A stretch of DNA of 64,000 nucleotides from Candidatus Ryanbacteria bacterium CG10_big_fil_rev_8_21_14_0_10_43_42 (GCA_002793915.1 PFEF01000003.1:18854-82853); one strand, 5' to 3'. Shown: positions 19,222 to 29,535, numbered from the stretch's first letter. Made by a program: numbers and translations. Notes: generated by a model from the sequence alone, not told the origin.

Positions 19222-20307
19222 ATGGATACGGAGACATTATTTGCCCATGCACTAAATACCATTCCCGAATTAGGTCCTCTGCGCATGCGTTCTCTTAAGA
19301 ATTATTGCGGTTCTTTTACGGAAGCATGGCACTCCCCCCGTATACGCATAGAAGAAGCTCTGGAGAATAAAAAAATTGCCCATAGCGTTTGTCAAAAACG
19401 AAAAAATATTTCTCCCGAACATTTATGGAAAGATATTACCTCCTCCGACATAACGGTCCTTCTTCCCGACTCTTCCCTATATCCAAGACGTCTCCATACC
19501 ATACCGGCTCCTCCTCAAATTTTATACCTAAAAGGAATTCTTCCGGCCGAAGACACTCCCGCCATAGCCGTTGTCGGCACGCGTCATCCGACGCAATACG
19601 GAAAAGATATGTGTGATAATATTGTACGCGATCTCTCTCACGCCGGTATTTGCATCGTATCCGGTCTCGCTATCGGTATAGACGCTCGAACACACATGGC
19701 GTCCTTAGATGCAAGCGGTCATACGATCGCCGTTGTAGGATCAGGACTGCATCAAAACGTTCTGTATCCCGCATCCAACAGAAAACTCGCAGATGCCATC
19801 CTGTCTTCCGGAGGAGCTATTATATCCGAATATCCACCATCCCTTCGCGCCGCCACCTGGACATTTCCCCAAAGAAATCGTATTATCGCCGGGATTAGCG
19901 ATGCCACCCTTGTAATAGAGGCGAGAAAACAGAGCGGTACGCGCATTACAGCCAATTACGCATTGGAGTACGGCAGAGACATATTTGCCGTTCCCGGACC
20001 TGTCTATTCTCTCTATTCCGAAACACCTCACATGCTTATCAAAGAAGGAGCAGGACTTGTTACATCAGCTGATGATATTCTCTCCACCTTACCCGGATAT
20101 ACACCGCCCATTAGTACGACATCTTCCGTTGATACTCTTTCATCCGAAGAACATCTTATGCTTTCTTTATTATCCGAACCTCGAACAATAAACGATCTCG
20201 TGCATGCCACAAAAAAATCTTCCGCTGATATAACACGCATTATAAGCATGCTTGAAATAGGCGGGAAAATAAAAAACAATGGCGCCGGCACATACCACAA
20301 CGTATAA
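19222..20307 (+). CDS. dprA: DNA-processing protein DprA
   Basis: IAVVGTR, IVSGLAIGID, FPQRNRIIAG, SGTRITA, IFAVPG, C-terminal winged helix. Confidence 0.96.
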   Translation: MDTETLFAHALNTIPELGPLRMRSLKNYCGSFTEAWHSPRIRIEEALENKKIAHSVCQKRKNISPEHLWKDITSSDITVLLPDSSLYPRRLHTIPAPPQILYLKGILPAEDTPAIAVVGTRHPTQYGKDMCDNIVRDLSHAGICIVSGLAIGIDARTHMASLDASGHTIAVVGSGLHQNVLYPASNRKLADAILSSGGAIISEYPPSLRAATWTFPQRNRIIAGISDATLVIEARKQSGTRITANYALEYGRDIFAVPGPVYSLYSETPHMLIKEGAGLVTSADDILSTLPGYTPPISTTSSVDTLSSEEHLMLSLLSEPRTINDLVHATKKSSADITRIISMLEIGGKIKNNGAGTYHNV

Positions 20308-20315
20308 TTACACAC

Positions 20316-22382
20316 ATGAGTAAAAAGTTAATCATCGTAGAATCACCCACAAAAGCCCGCACCATCTCCCGCTTTCTCGGAAAAAAATATTCCGTAGAAT
20401 CCAGTATGGGGCATATTCGTGATCTACCGGCATCACAGCTCGGTATTGATGTTGATAATGATTTTGAACCACACTATGTTATCTCGCGAAAAGTACAGCC
20501 TCAAGTAAAAAAACTGCGGGAACTCGCAAAAAAAGCGGATACCATTATACTTGCAACTGATGAAGATCGTGAAGGAGAAGCTATAGCGTGGCATCTTACT
20601 TATGCTCTTAAACTGCATGAGGAAAAAAATGCCGAAAAACATGTCGAGCGTATTGTATTCCATGAGATAACCAAACATGCCATCGAAGAAGCTCTTGAAC
20701 ATCCGCGCTCAATCAATACCCATCTGGTAAATGCCCAACAGGCCCGGCGCATTCTCGACAGAATCGTCGGTTATAAACTTTCTCCCTTTTTGTGGAAAAA
20801 AATTGCCAAGGGACTTTCCGCCGGACGTGTGCAGTCCGTTGCTGTTCGTCTTATAGTTGAGCGTGAAAAAGAAATTTCCGAATTTAAGCCGGAAGAATAT
20901 TGGACAATCACCGCGCACTTCGCCGGAAAACAACCCTTTACCGCGCGCCTCTACAAAGCGAATGGGGTTATTGTCCCCCAACGCGGTATTACGACAAAAA
21001 AGGAATCGGACGTTATTTTGAAAAATCTCGAGCAAGCGGCATACACCATTACATCCATCGAAAAAAAGGCGAGTATGCGAAATCCCCGTCCGCCCTTTAC
21101 CACAAGTACCCTCCAACAGGCCGCCTCAAGCCGTTTTGGGTTTTCAGCAAAACAAACCATGCGCCTTGCTCAACAATTATACGAAGGTATTGTTATAGAC
21201 GCTAAAGGTGCCGTAGGTCTTATAACCTATATGCGTACGGACTCGCTCAATCTTTCAGAAGAGGCCCTTTCACACGCTAAAACATTTCTTACCGAATCAT
21301 TCGGTGAGAAATATGCTCTTCCGGAACCCCGCCGCTTTAAAACAAAATCAAAGGGAGCGCAGGAAGCTCATGAAGCAATTCATCCCACCGACATCACACG
21401 TACACCGGAATCGATAAAAGACAAACTTGAACCGCGTCAATATAAATTATACGAACTCATCTGGCAAAGATTTTTAGCAACTCAAATGCCGCCGGCACTA
21501 TTTGATGCCACAACCATTGATATAAATGCCGACGACTATACATTCCGCGCCACCGGATCCGTTCTTATATTTGATGGATTTCTTGCCGTATATCCCATGA
21601 AAACGGAAGATACGCTTCTGCCGGTTCTGAAAGAACATGACGTTCTTTCTCTTGAGAAACTTGCCTCCGAACAGCATTTCACCGAACCTCCTCCGCGATA
21701 TTCGGAAGCATCACTCATTAAGGCTCTGGAACAAAACGGCATCGGACGGCCATCCACCTACGCACCCACCATAAGCACTATCCAGGATCGCGGCTATGTG
21801 GAACGTAATGAAGCAAAACGCCTCCAGCCTACGGAAATGGGTGGTATGGTAAATAATGTTCTTGTAGAACATTTTCCAAATATTGTTGATATTGCATTTA
21901 CAGCGGATATGGAAAACAAGCTAGACGATGTCGCAGAAGGAAATACTGAATGGGTAGCCCTTATCCGTGACTTCTATCTCCCCTTTGCGAAACGTCTTGA
22001 GGAAAAATATGAATCAGTCGAGAAAAAAACAATGGATGAAGAGACGGATGAACTATGCGAAAAATGCGCCAAGCCTATGATTATAAAACATGGACGGTTT
22101 GGGCGGTTTATGGCATGTTCCGGCTTTCCTGACTGCCGTAATACAAAACAACTTCCCCAACATACGCTCGGCATTACTTGTCCCGTATGTAAAAAAGGTG
22201 ATATTATTCCTCGCCGCACAAAGAGCAAACGCATGTTCTACGGATGCTCCGAATATCCGGCATGTGATTTTGCTTCCTGGGATAAACCAACCCCCCAAAA
22301 CTGCTCCGTTTGCGGGTCACTCATGGTAGAGAAAGGCAAAAAAATTATATGTTCGGACAAAGAATGTCGTACTCGAGACTAA
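20316..22382 (+). CDS. topA: DNA topoisomerase I
   Basis: IVESPTKA, ATDEDREGEAI, SAGRVQS, ITYMRTDS, GIGRPSTY, C-terminal zinc ribbons. Confidence 0.98.
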   Translation: MSKKLIIVESPTKARTISRFLGKKYSVESSMGHIRDLPASQLGIDVDNDFEPHYVISRKVQPQVKKLRELAKKADTIILATDEDREGEAIAWHLTYALKLHEEKNAEKHVERIVFHEITKHAIEEALEHPRSINTHLVNAQQARRILDRIVGYKLSPFLWKKIAKGLSAGRVQSVAVRLIVEREKEISEFKPEEYWTITAHFAGKQPFTARLYKANGVIVPQRGITTKKESDVILKNLEQAAYTITSIEKKASMRNPRPPFTTSTLQQAASSRFGFSAKQTMRLAQQLYEGIVIDAKGAVGLITYMRTDSLNLSEEALSHAKTFLTESFGEKYALPEPRRFKTKSKGAQEAHEAIHPTDITRTPESIKDKLEPRQYKLYELIWQRFLATQMPPALFDATTIDINADDYTFRATGSVLIFDGFLAVYPMKTEDTLLPVLKEHDVLSLEKLASEQHFTEPPPRYSEASLIKALEQNGIGRPSTYAPTISTIQDRGYVERNEAKRLQPTEMGGMVNNVLVEHFPNIVDIAFTADMENKLDDVAEGNTEWVALIRDFYLPFAKRLEEKYESVEKKTMDEETDELCEKCAKPMIIKHGRFGRFMACSGFPDCRNTKQLPQHTLGITCPVCKKGDIIPRRTKSKRMFYGCSEYPACDFASWDKPTPQNCSVCGSLMVEKGKKIICSDKECRTRD

Positions 22383-22433
22383 GTTATAATTTTTAATTTT
22401 CGTATCCTACATTTGATAACTATTATGTAAACC

Positions 22434-24164
22434 ATGTCGTGGTCTCATTTCACATCCCTTCTTGTAAAAGAAGGCTATTCTTCCGCTGACTCTTTTTTTA
22501 TTGAAAGGGCTTTTATCTTTGCTGAAAAAGCCCATGCAAAACAAAAACGATCTTCAGGGGACCCTTATATGACACATTGTATTGCAACGGCAGAGCACAC
22601 CGTTCGTCTTCATATGGATGCAAAAACAATAGCGGCCGCCCTACTGCATGATACTATCGAAGATTGTTCCGTTTCCGTAAAAACACTCGAAGAACAATTT
22701 GGTGCCGATGTTGCCTTTCTTGTTGAAGGTGTCACGAAAGTATCTCACGTACGCCACAAGGGTACGCAACGTCATCTGGAATCTTTGCGAAAAATGTTTC
22801 TTGCCGTTGCGGAAGATGTGCGCGTGGTTATTATAAAATTAGCCGATCGTCTTCATAATATGGAAACGATCCAATTCGTACGTCCCGAAAAACAAGGACG
22901 TATTGCCCTCGAGACGCTGGAAATCTACGCACCCATAGCGTACCGGCTCGGCATATGGGATATAAAAAGCCGTCTTGAAGATCTTGCTTTCCCTATCGTT
23001 TACCCCGACGAATATAATATGACACGTAATTTTGTCGAGGAGCGCGTTTCCGAAGGGCGCGCATATCTTGAAAACCACGTAAAGCCGTTTTTAGAAAAAG
23101 AACTTGCGGAAGAGCGTATTCATTTTTCCTCTATAGGAACTCGCGAAAAAAATTTATACAGTACATGGAAAAAAGCTGTCTCGTATGATATGGATTTTGA
23201 TCGCATTACCGATCTTCTTGCCGTTCGCATTATCGTTTCCACCATAGAGGATTGTTATCGTGTCCTTGGCATTATTCATGTGTATTGGAAACCGCTCCCC
23301 GGACGTATAAAAGATTATATTGCTCTACCTAAACCAAACGGATATCGCAGTCTCCATACCACCGTATTTTGCATTAATAATGCCATAACAGAATTTCAAA
23401 TTCGCACGCGTGCCATGCATGAAGAAGCAGAGCACGGCATTGCCGCGCACTGGGCATATACGGAATCGGGAAAACCGAAGGGAGGAGGATCGGTAACACA
23501 CGCCACAACATGGATTCAGGATCTTCGTGAATGGCAAAATACCATAGACCCGACTGACGATGGTGAAACTCTTCTTGAGCTTCTTAAAATAGACTTTTTC
23601 CGTGATCGCATTTTCATTCTTACACCAAAGGGAGAAGCTATTGATCTTCCCGCTGGCGCTACTCCCATCGATTTTGCCTACCGAATACATACTGACATAG
23701 GAAACCATATGATAGGCGCCAAAATAAACGGAAAAATGGCACCATTTTCGGCAGAACTCGTATCAGGAGATACGGTGGAAATCCTTACCCAGAAAAAAAG
23801 AAAGCCTAGCTCCGAATGGCTTTCTTTGGTAAAAACATCTTTAGCACGCACGCAAATTCGTACCGCCCTTCGCAGGGAACCCGACACAACTCCTTCCCCT
23901 ATCCGTATTCTTCCGGATGAACACCCTCTCCGTCATCTTCATATTACGGCACGTAACCATGTAGGCCTTTTAAACGATATTTCCCGCGTATTTACCCACT
24001 TTCGTATTCATATTCAAAATATTTCCATGAACACTAATAATAAATCATTTCCGATTTTTGTGGTTTCCTTTCGTCCGCGCGATAAAAAACAATTACAACA
24101 TGTTATTACACGCCTCAAAACGATTACTGAAATTCAAACCGTTTCCGTACGTGATAAAGAATAA
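22434..24164 (+). CDS. rel: Long RelA/SpoT homolog, (p)ppGpp synthetase/hydrolase (HD, SYNTH, TGS, ACT)
   Basis: LLHDTIED, KLADRLHNM, PKPNGYRSLHT, EFQIRT, TPIDFAYRIHT, C-terminal ACT-like domain. Confidence 0.93.
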   Translation: MSWSHFTSLLVKEGYSSADSFFIERAFIFAEKAHAKQKRSSGDPYMTHCIATAEHTVRLHMDAKTIAAALLHDTIEDCSVSVKTLEEQFGADVAFLVEGVTKVSHVRHKGTQRHLESLRKMFLAVAEDVRVVIIKLADRLHNMETIQFVRPEKQGRIALETLEIYAPIAYRLGIWDIKSRLEDLAFPIVYPDEYNMTRNFVEERVSEGRAYLENHVKPFLEKELAEERIHFSSIGTREKNLYSTWKKAVSYDMDFDRITDLLAVRIIVSTIEDCYRVLGIIHVYWKPLPGRIKDYIALPKPNGYRSLHTTVFCINNAITEFQIRTRAMHEEAEHGIAAHWAYTESGKPKGGGSVTHATTWIQDLREWQNTIDPTDDGETLLELLKIDFFRDRIFILTPKGEAIDLPAGATPIDFAYRIHTDIGNHMIGAKINGKMAPFSAELVSGDTVEILTQKKRKPSSEWLSLVKTSLARTQIRTALRREPDTTPSPIRILPDEHPLRHLHITARNHVGLLNDISRVFTHFRIHIQNISMNTNNKSFPIFVVSFRPRDKKQLQHVITRLKTITEIQTVSVRDKE

Positions 24165-24190
24165 CAGATGGAATGCACTATAGCCGGATA

Positions 24191-25381
24191 TTATACCGTG
24201 AACGAATCCGTATCATCTGATGAGTGTTCCGCCGATTCTACCGGCAATTGAACGGCAACAGGATCTGACTGATGAGAAGATGCGTAACGCGCTTCTTCCG
24301 CGGATATGCCGGATACGGGAGCATCCACCGTACGCACTTCTCCGCCAACCATCAATGATTCTTTCCTTTCTTCATGAAGACGCGCCATCAATCCCGTTAA
24401 ATGTTCGAATTCTTCGTCCGAAAAAAAATCTATTGAAATACGTCCTTTTCCTTCGCGCGATCTTCGCACTGTGACACGGGTTCCTAACGCACCGGCAAGT
24501 TCTGTCTCTACCTGTTTTGTTGTTGTGTCGTAAGCACGCCTTTCTATCTGTACTTTTCGCTCAGGAGAAACACCCACACGCGAAACAATATCATGAAAAG
24601 CGCTCTCCACATCGCGCGCAGAAAGACCACTGGCGAGAATCGCATGAAAGAGATTTTTTTGCTCTTCCGGCGCATGTGCCAAAGAAATAAGAGGACGTGC
24701 TTGCCCTTCCGTAAGACGTCCTTGTATAAGCGCATCCTGAACATATTCGGGAAGCGCCATCAAACGTACTGTATTTGCAACCGACTCACGACTCTTTCCC
24801 ACCCGAGCGCCCACTTCCCGCGGTGTTAACTTGAATTCATCCATTAAACGCTTATATGCGCGCGCCTTTTCCATCGGATTCAAATCTTCCCGCTGTAAAT
24901 TTTCTATAAGCGCAAGTTCCAGTTTTATTTTATTAGACTCCTCCCGCCGGACAATGGCAGGCATTTGTTGTAATCCTAGATAGGAAGCGGCGCGATATCG
25001 CCGCTCTCCCGCAATAATTTGATATTCGACACGTGTTCCGGTAGGAACATCTATTTCCTCTTTAGAAACAACAATTGGTTGCAGTACGCCATACTGTCGA
25101 ATGGAGTCGGCCAACGATTTTATTTTTTCCTCGTCAAAATGCGTCCGCGGCTGATGCGGATTTGGTTTTATTTTTGCTACCTCCACCCAAAAAACACTCT
25201 CTTTGGGCTGTTCTTGTGCGATAGGGTTTAGTTGTTCGACCACCGAAGACTCCGAACGATACACTGAAGGAGAAGAAGTCCCGGAAACACCGACTTCTTC
25301 TCCTGAAGTATGTTCCTTTTTTCTCTCATTATCATCCCCTCCCAAAAGAGCATCGAGTCCTCGTCCTAAAACATTAGACAT
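24191..25381 (-). CDS. parB: Chromosome partitioning protein ParB
   Basis: LGRGLDAL, PNPHQPR, IIAGERRYRA, ENLQREDL, HTH VGKSRESVAN. Confidence 0.95.
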   Translation of the reverse strand: MSNVLGRGLDALLGGDDNERKKEHTSGEEVGVSGTSSPSVYRSESSVVEQLNPIAQEQPKESVFWVEVAKIKPNPHQPRTHFDEEKIKSLADSIRQYGVLQPIVVSKEEIDVPTGTRVEYQIIAGERRYRAASYLGLQQMPAIVRREESNKIKLELALIENLQREDLNPMEKARAYKRLMDEFKLTPREVGARVGKSRESVANTVRLMALPEYVQDALIQGRLTEGQARPLISLAHAPEEQKNLFHAILASGLSARDVESAFHDIVSRVGVSPERKVQIERRAYDTTTKQVETELAGALGTRVTVRRSREGKGRISIDFFSDEEFEHLTGLMARLHEERKESLMVGGEVRTVDAPVSGISAEEARYASSHQSDPVAVQLPVESAEHSSDDTDSFTV

Positions 25382-25407
25382 AATATAAACAGTTAAATTT
25401 TATATAG

Positions 25408-26172
25408 TTATCCTACTAGTCCGATTATTTCTTCTGTTAATTGGCAATATGCCTTGGCGCCATGAGAATAAGGGTCATATTCAAGGATTGTTTTTCCAAA
25501 ACTAGGCGCTTCCGCCAATTTAGTATTGCGTGGAATGACCGTTTTAAACACGTAATCCACCGCATTACCCCTCACCTCCTCCAGTATAGCACGAGAAAGC
25601 TTTGATGTTCTATCAAACATGGTAAGAACCACCCCCATGACGCCAATTTTTTTACGCGTCCGCATATTCAATTTTTGTATAGTACGCACGAGCTCGGTCA
25701 TCCCCTCTAGGGCATAATAATCGCACTGCACCGGAATAATAACATGATGAGCGGCAAGAAAGCCGTTAATAGTGAGAATACCCAATCCCGGCGGAGCATC
25801 AATAAAAATAAAATCATATTCGCGCGTAATAGGCAAAAGCGCACGATCAAGGTATGTCTCACGATACCGCGTATTCGCAAGTTCCACAGCGGCGGCGGCA
25901 AGATTGGGAGACGACGGCATAAGAAACAGATTGGAAATATTTGTTTTCTTTATCGCATCGCGCGCCGGAATAGCACCGATTATAACTTCATATGTTGTGG
26001 GTGTATCATCCATTCTTTGTATGCGTCCGGAAAGAGCGGATGTGGCATTCGCCTGCGGATCAAGGTCCACTAAAAGTACTTTTTTCCCGAGTGCCGCCAT
26101 ATATGCCGATATATTCAGTGTCGTTGTTGTTTTCCCCACACCCCCCTTCTGATTTGCAAAAATAATAGTCAT
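25408..26172 (-). CDS. parA: Chromosome partitioning ATPase ParA (Soj)
   Basis: NQKGGVGKTT, DLDPQANAT, IDAPP, LAEAPSFG. Confidence 0.96.
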   Translation of the reverse strand: MTIIFANQKGGVGKTTTTLNISAYMAALGKKVLLVDLDPQANATSALSGRIQRMDDTPTTYEVIIGAIPARDAIKKTNISNLFLMPSSPNLAAAAVELANTRYRETYLDRALLPITREYDFIFIDAPPGLGILTINGFLAAHHVIIPVQCDYYALEGMTELVRTIQKLNMRTRKKIGVMGVVLTMFDRTSKLSRAILEEVRGNAVDYVFKTVIPRNTKLAEAPSFGKTILEYDPYSHGAKAYCQLTEEIIGLVG

Positions 26173-26258
26173 TCAATCAGTATAAAGAAGAACGCCCAAA
26201 GAAGAAAGAATTGAAAACTGTGTAAAAACAGGGTATATTGCATACACATATATTGCTT

Positions 26259-26342
26259 GGGCAAGTGTCGGAATTGGTAGACGATCACGACTCAAAATCG
26301 TGTGGCCGTATGGCCGTGTGGGTTCGAGTCCCACCTTGCCCA
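26259..26342 (+). tRNA. tRNA-Leu(CAA)
   Basis: Acceptor GGGCAAG/CTTGCCC, anticodon arm CACGA-CTCAAAA-TCGTG, variable arm GGCCGTATGGCC, T-arm GTGGGTTCGAGTCCCAC. Confidence 0.96.
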
Positions 26343-26419
26343 CTCTTTACCAGTAAGATTTGGTTGTGGTTGTTTCGCACGAGTGCGCCAACCGCGACGA
26401 TGTGTTGAGGGTAATTCAT
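26343..26419 (-). pseudogene. Truncated Nudix hydrolase N-terminus
   Basis: MNYPQHIVAVGALVRNNHNQILLVKS resembles a Nudix N-terminus and runs into the tRNA before any Nudix box. Confidence 0.65.
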
Positions 26420-26429
26420 ATACGTTAAA

Positions 26430-27296
26430 CTAGAGAGTAGATATCCTACTGTCTTGTAAAAATGGTGTAATATCTTCTGCTGGGATTTCGCGACCAATTG
26501 AAACTTCGGGTGTATATATTACGCCATGCCAGTCGCTTCCACCGGTGATATAGAGCCCCAATTTCCTGCCGAGATTTCTTAATGTGATGACTTCGTCTTC
26601 GGAATGTTTTGGGTAATAGACCTCTAATCCTAAAAGTCCCTCCTTTGCGAGGTTGGCTAATATTTCCTCATATGCTACATGTCCAAGCTTTCGTAACTCT
26701 CTCCCAGAATGAGCCAAGACAGGGATGCCACCTGCGCTGGCGATAAGCTGAAAACTTTCTTTTGGCGTCATCATCCACGTATCATCTTCCTGTTCTATAA
26801 AAACATACTTCCTCAAAACATCTTTAACGGTGATATTTCCTTTAAGATGTTGCGCTACTATTCTCGCGATAGTGTTTCTGCTCACATAGGCTTCATGTCC
26901 GGCGAGTCTGAGCGATTGAAAATCCATTCTCAGGTCTGGAAGTAATTTGTTAATTTTATCAATTATTGCGATTGCCCGACGATTATAGCCATCAATCGTT
27001 CGCTGCAGATTCTTATTCAATATTTCTCGATTGAGTTGTCTGCCATACCCAAGGATATGCAAAGAGAAGTTACTTCCAGACATACGATACAATGTAGAAA
27101 TTTCTACACCATCGATATACTGAATTTGGTTCTTTTCCGCATACGTTTTTATACTTGCGGTGTCTGGAAGGAAATTGTGATCAGTAATTGAAAAGATGGA
27201 GGTTTTCTTGTTTCTTGCCTTATCTATGATTTCTTCCGGCGATAACTCACCGTCGGAAAAATATGAATGTGTGTGCAAATCTAAATACATATACAA
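26430..27296 (-). CDS. PHP-domain metallophosphoesterase (TrpH/YciV-like)
   Basis: DLHTHSYFSDG, ITDHN, GVEIS, HILGYG, VLAHS, TGGSDWHG. Confidence 0.92.
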   Translation of the reverse strand: MYMYLDLHTHSYFSDGELSPEEIIDKARNKKTSIFSITDHNFLPDTASIKTYAEKNQIQYIDGVEISTLYRMSGSNFSLHILGYGRQLNREILNKNLQRTIDGYNRRAIAIIDKINKLLPDLRMDFQSLRLAGHEAYVSRNTIARIVAQHLKGNITVKDVLRKYVFIEQEDDTWMMTPKESFQLIASAGGIPVLAHSGRELRKLGHVAYEEILANLAKEGLLGLEVYYPKHSEDEVITLRNLGRKLGLYITGGSDWHGVIYTPEVSIGREIPAEDITPFLQDSRISTL

Positions 27297-27321
27297 ATGA
27301 TATTTTATATTATAACAAAAA

Positions 27322-27353
27322 GCTCCCGTCGGGTTAAATTTTCCGGCGGGAGC
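27322..27353 (-). terminator. Intrinsic terminator after the nucleotidyltransferase gene
   Basis: GCTCCCGCCGG...CCGACGGGAGC followed by TTTTTG on the minus strand. Confidence 0.7.
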
Positions 27354-27359
27354 GTGGGT

Positions 27360-28133
27360 TCAACGCGAGCGAAGTGTATGACACAAGGACTGGTAATCTG
27401 CCTTAAACTGATCGCCGTGAATAACGAGATTGAAAAGACTCTCATACCAGTTCATGAGCAGCACGCCACGCTCAAAGTCTATTGACTTTTTGCAAGCGGA
27501 CAAAAAATCGATGGCAGTCGTTGAATCCACTCCATAGAATCGATCAAATGCCTCGAAGCATCCCTCAAGATTCGATGGAGGGATGACATAATCTGTTCTT
27601 AGCCTGCATGCTTGATATGTAAGCGCATTTCCTGGACCGTGTAGCAACTTGCTGACGAATATTCTTCCTTCTTCTCCGTTAAATGACCGTACGAGTTGGC
27701 GTCTACATATCGTTCTGTTGTCATGAAGTACATAGGCTGTAAGGTCAGCGAAGGAAAATCTGTGGACAGCGGTACTAATTGGTGTCACGCGGAAAACACC
27801 TTTGATGTCGCGACCGAAGACCAGTGATGGATTATATCGCGGATACCACAATGGAGAATTCCGATCAACAAACTCATCGACCGTGTGAGGCACCAGGTCT
27901 GTATCCTGGCCGGTCTTTTCCGTCAACGAGCGCCGTATGTCTCGCAATGTGCGATAATGCTCCGCATCCACGATACCGAAATTGCTCTCTACAATGACAG
28001 CAACATCCATATCTACGGATAGTTCGTTGTAGAGCCATGATCCATATATCCTAGCACTCGAGATGCAAGGTGCATTTTGCAGGACTTCTTGAACATTCTG
28101 AAGAATTAGTTCGCGTTCTTCATTCATTTTCAT
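27360..28133 (-). CDS. Pol-beta-superfamily nucleotidyltransferase domain protein
   Basis: IYGSW...DMDVAVIV (GS/DxD motif) and a third acidic residue in DTDLVP. GGAGG SD. Confidence 0.7.
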   Translation of the reverse strand: MKMNEERELILQNVQEVLQNAPCISSARIYGSWLYNELSVDMDVAVIVESNFGIVDAEHYRTLRDIRRSLTEKTGQDTDLVPHTVDEFVDRNSPLWYPRYNPSLVFGRDIKGVFRVTPISTAVHRFSFADLTAYVLHDNRTICRRQLVRSFNGEEGRIFVSKLLHGPGNALTYQACRLRTDYVIPPSNLEGCFEAFDRFYGVDSTTAIDFLSACKKSIDFERGVLLMNWYESLFNLVIHGDQFKADYQSLCHTLRSR

Positions 28134-28518
28134 TACCTCCGTTTTGTGGTTGTAAATGTACTGCTTTGAGAAACCCGCTATGAATTTCTCACGGCGCTAC
28201 CGTAACACAATTTCTCACTTGATACAAAAGACCCTGCGTTAAAAATCCGCCGTGCATTCCTCATTGAATCCTGCCGCCCGCGCGTCAGCGGAGGCGGGCA
28301 GCGGGGCGGGAGAGCGTACGATTTTGGTCAGAGCCACCACACGTTCCGCGCGGCACATTGTCAGCGATAGTATTGGTATAAAGCCAAAAAATTGCTAAAA
28401 TGTAGTTAGCGGAACATCCACAGGTCAAAACTAGCTGCTTTTTTCTGAAAAACCATATAGAATTAAGTTATGGGCGTTGGCCGTCCGGCGCGCCAAGCCC
28501 AAAATTAAGCTAATTTTT

Positions 28519-29535
28519 ATGAGCAATAAAACTTACAAAACTTTAGACCTGTTCGCCGGTATCGGAGGAATCCGAATGGGCTTTGAACGCGCCGGATTTG
28601 AAACAGTTTTTTCCAACGACTTTGACCCTTACTGCAAGCCAACCTACGATCTGAATTACAAAACGGCGCAGCTCGCTGTTGGCGACATTCAAAAGATAAA
28701 AAGTTCGTCTCTGCCTGCTTTTGATATTTTACTCGGCGGATTTCCTTGTCAGCCGTTTTCTGTTGCGGGTTACCGGCGCGGATTTCTTGATACAGGCAGA
28801 GGCGATTTATTTTTTGAAATTGTAAGGATTCTGCGGGACAAAAAGCCGTCCGCGTTTTTGCTTGAAAATGTAAAAAATCTAAAATCACACGACAAGGGCA
28901 AAACATTCAAAATTATTTCGGACGCGCTTGCCGACCTCGGCTATCATGTCAAAGTGAAAGTTCTAAACAGCATGGAATACGGGAATGTCCCGCAGAATCG
29001 CGAGCGTGTTTATATCGCCGGTTTCAAATCAAAAAAAGCGCATGATGTTTTTGAATTTCCGGAGCAAACACCGCTTACAAAAAGTATTTCCGATATTTTG
29101 GAGGAGTCGGTGGACAGTAAATATTACTACAACGACAGCACGCTTTATAAGCAACTCAAAGAAGCGATAAAATCACCGAATACAGTTTATCAATGGAGGC
29201 GAGCTTATGTGCGCGAGAATAAAAGCGGTGTTTGTCCGACACTTACCGCAAATATGGGAATGGGCGGACACAATGTTCCGCTTGTCAAAGATAAAAAAGG
29301 AATTCGGAAACTTACACCTCGGGAATGCGCGCGTTTGCAGGGCTTTCCCGAAAGTTATAAACTTCCGAAAGATTTGCCGGACACCAAGCTGTACAAACAG
29401 TTTGGTAATTCTGTCACGGTTTCCGTGGTAGAGAGGGTCGCAAGGCAGATGATGAAAGCCCTGCAAACAAACAATAATTATGTTTATAGAGAGCCAGTCA
29501 AAAGAACAACGAGAGTATTACGAACGGCTGCTTAA
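28519..29535 (+). CDS. dcm: DNA (cytosine-5)-methyltransferase
   Basis: DLFAGIGG, GFPCQPFS, LENVKNL, QNRERVYI, YKQFGNSV. The target-recognition region YQWRR..VRENKS..CPTLTANMG.GGHNVP resembles GCNGC/GCSGC-type MTases (from memory). Confidence 0.96.
   Translation: MSNKTYKTLDLFAGIGGIRMGFERAGFETVFSNDFDPYCKPTYDLNYKTAQLAVGDIQKIKSSSLPAFDILLGGFPCQPFSVAGYRRGFLDTGRGDLFFEIVRILRDKKPSAFLLENVKNLKSHDKGKTFKIISDALADLGYHVKVKVLNSMEYGNVPQNRERVYIAGFKSKKAHDVFEFPEQTPLTKSISDILEESVDSKYYYNDSTLYKQLKEAIKSPNTVYQWRRAYVRENKSGVCPTLTANMGMGGHNVPLVKDKKGIRKLTPRECARLQGFPESYKLPKDLPDTKLYKQFGNSVTVSVVERVARQMMKALQTNNNYVYREPVKRTTRVLRTAA

Noticed and set aside
24191..26258. parS site or replication origin near parAB
   Set aside because: I saw no TGTTTCACGTGAAACA-like palindrome or DnaA-box cluster by eye.
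26430..28133. NTase plus PHP as a split DNA polymerase X
   Set aside because: The NTase lacks HhH/PolX features, the PHP is TrpH-like, and a terminator separates the genes.
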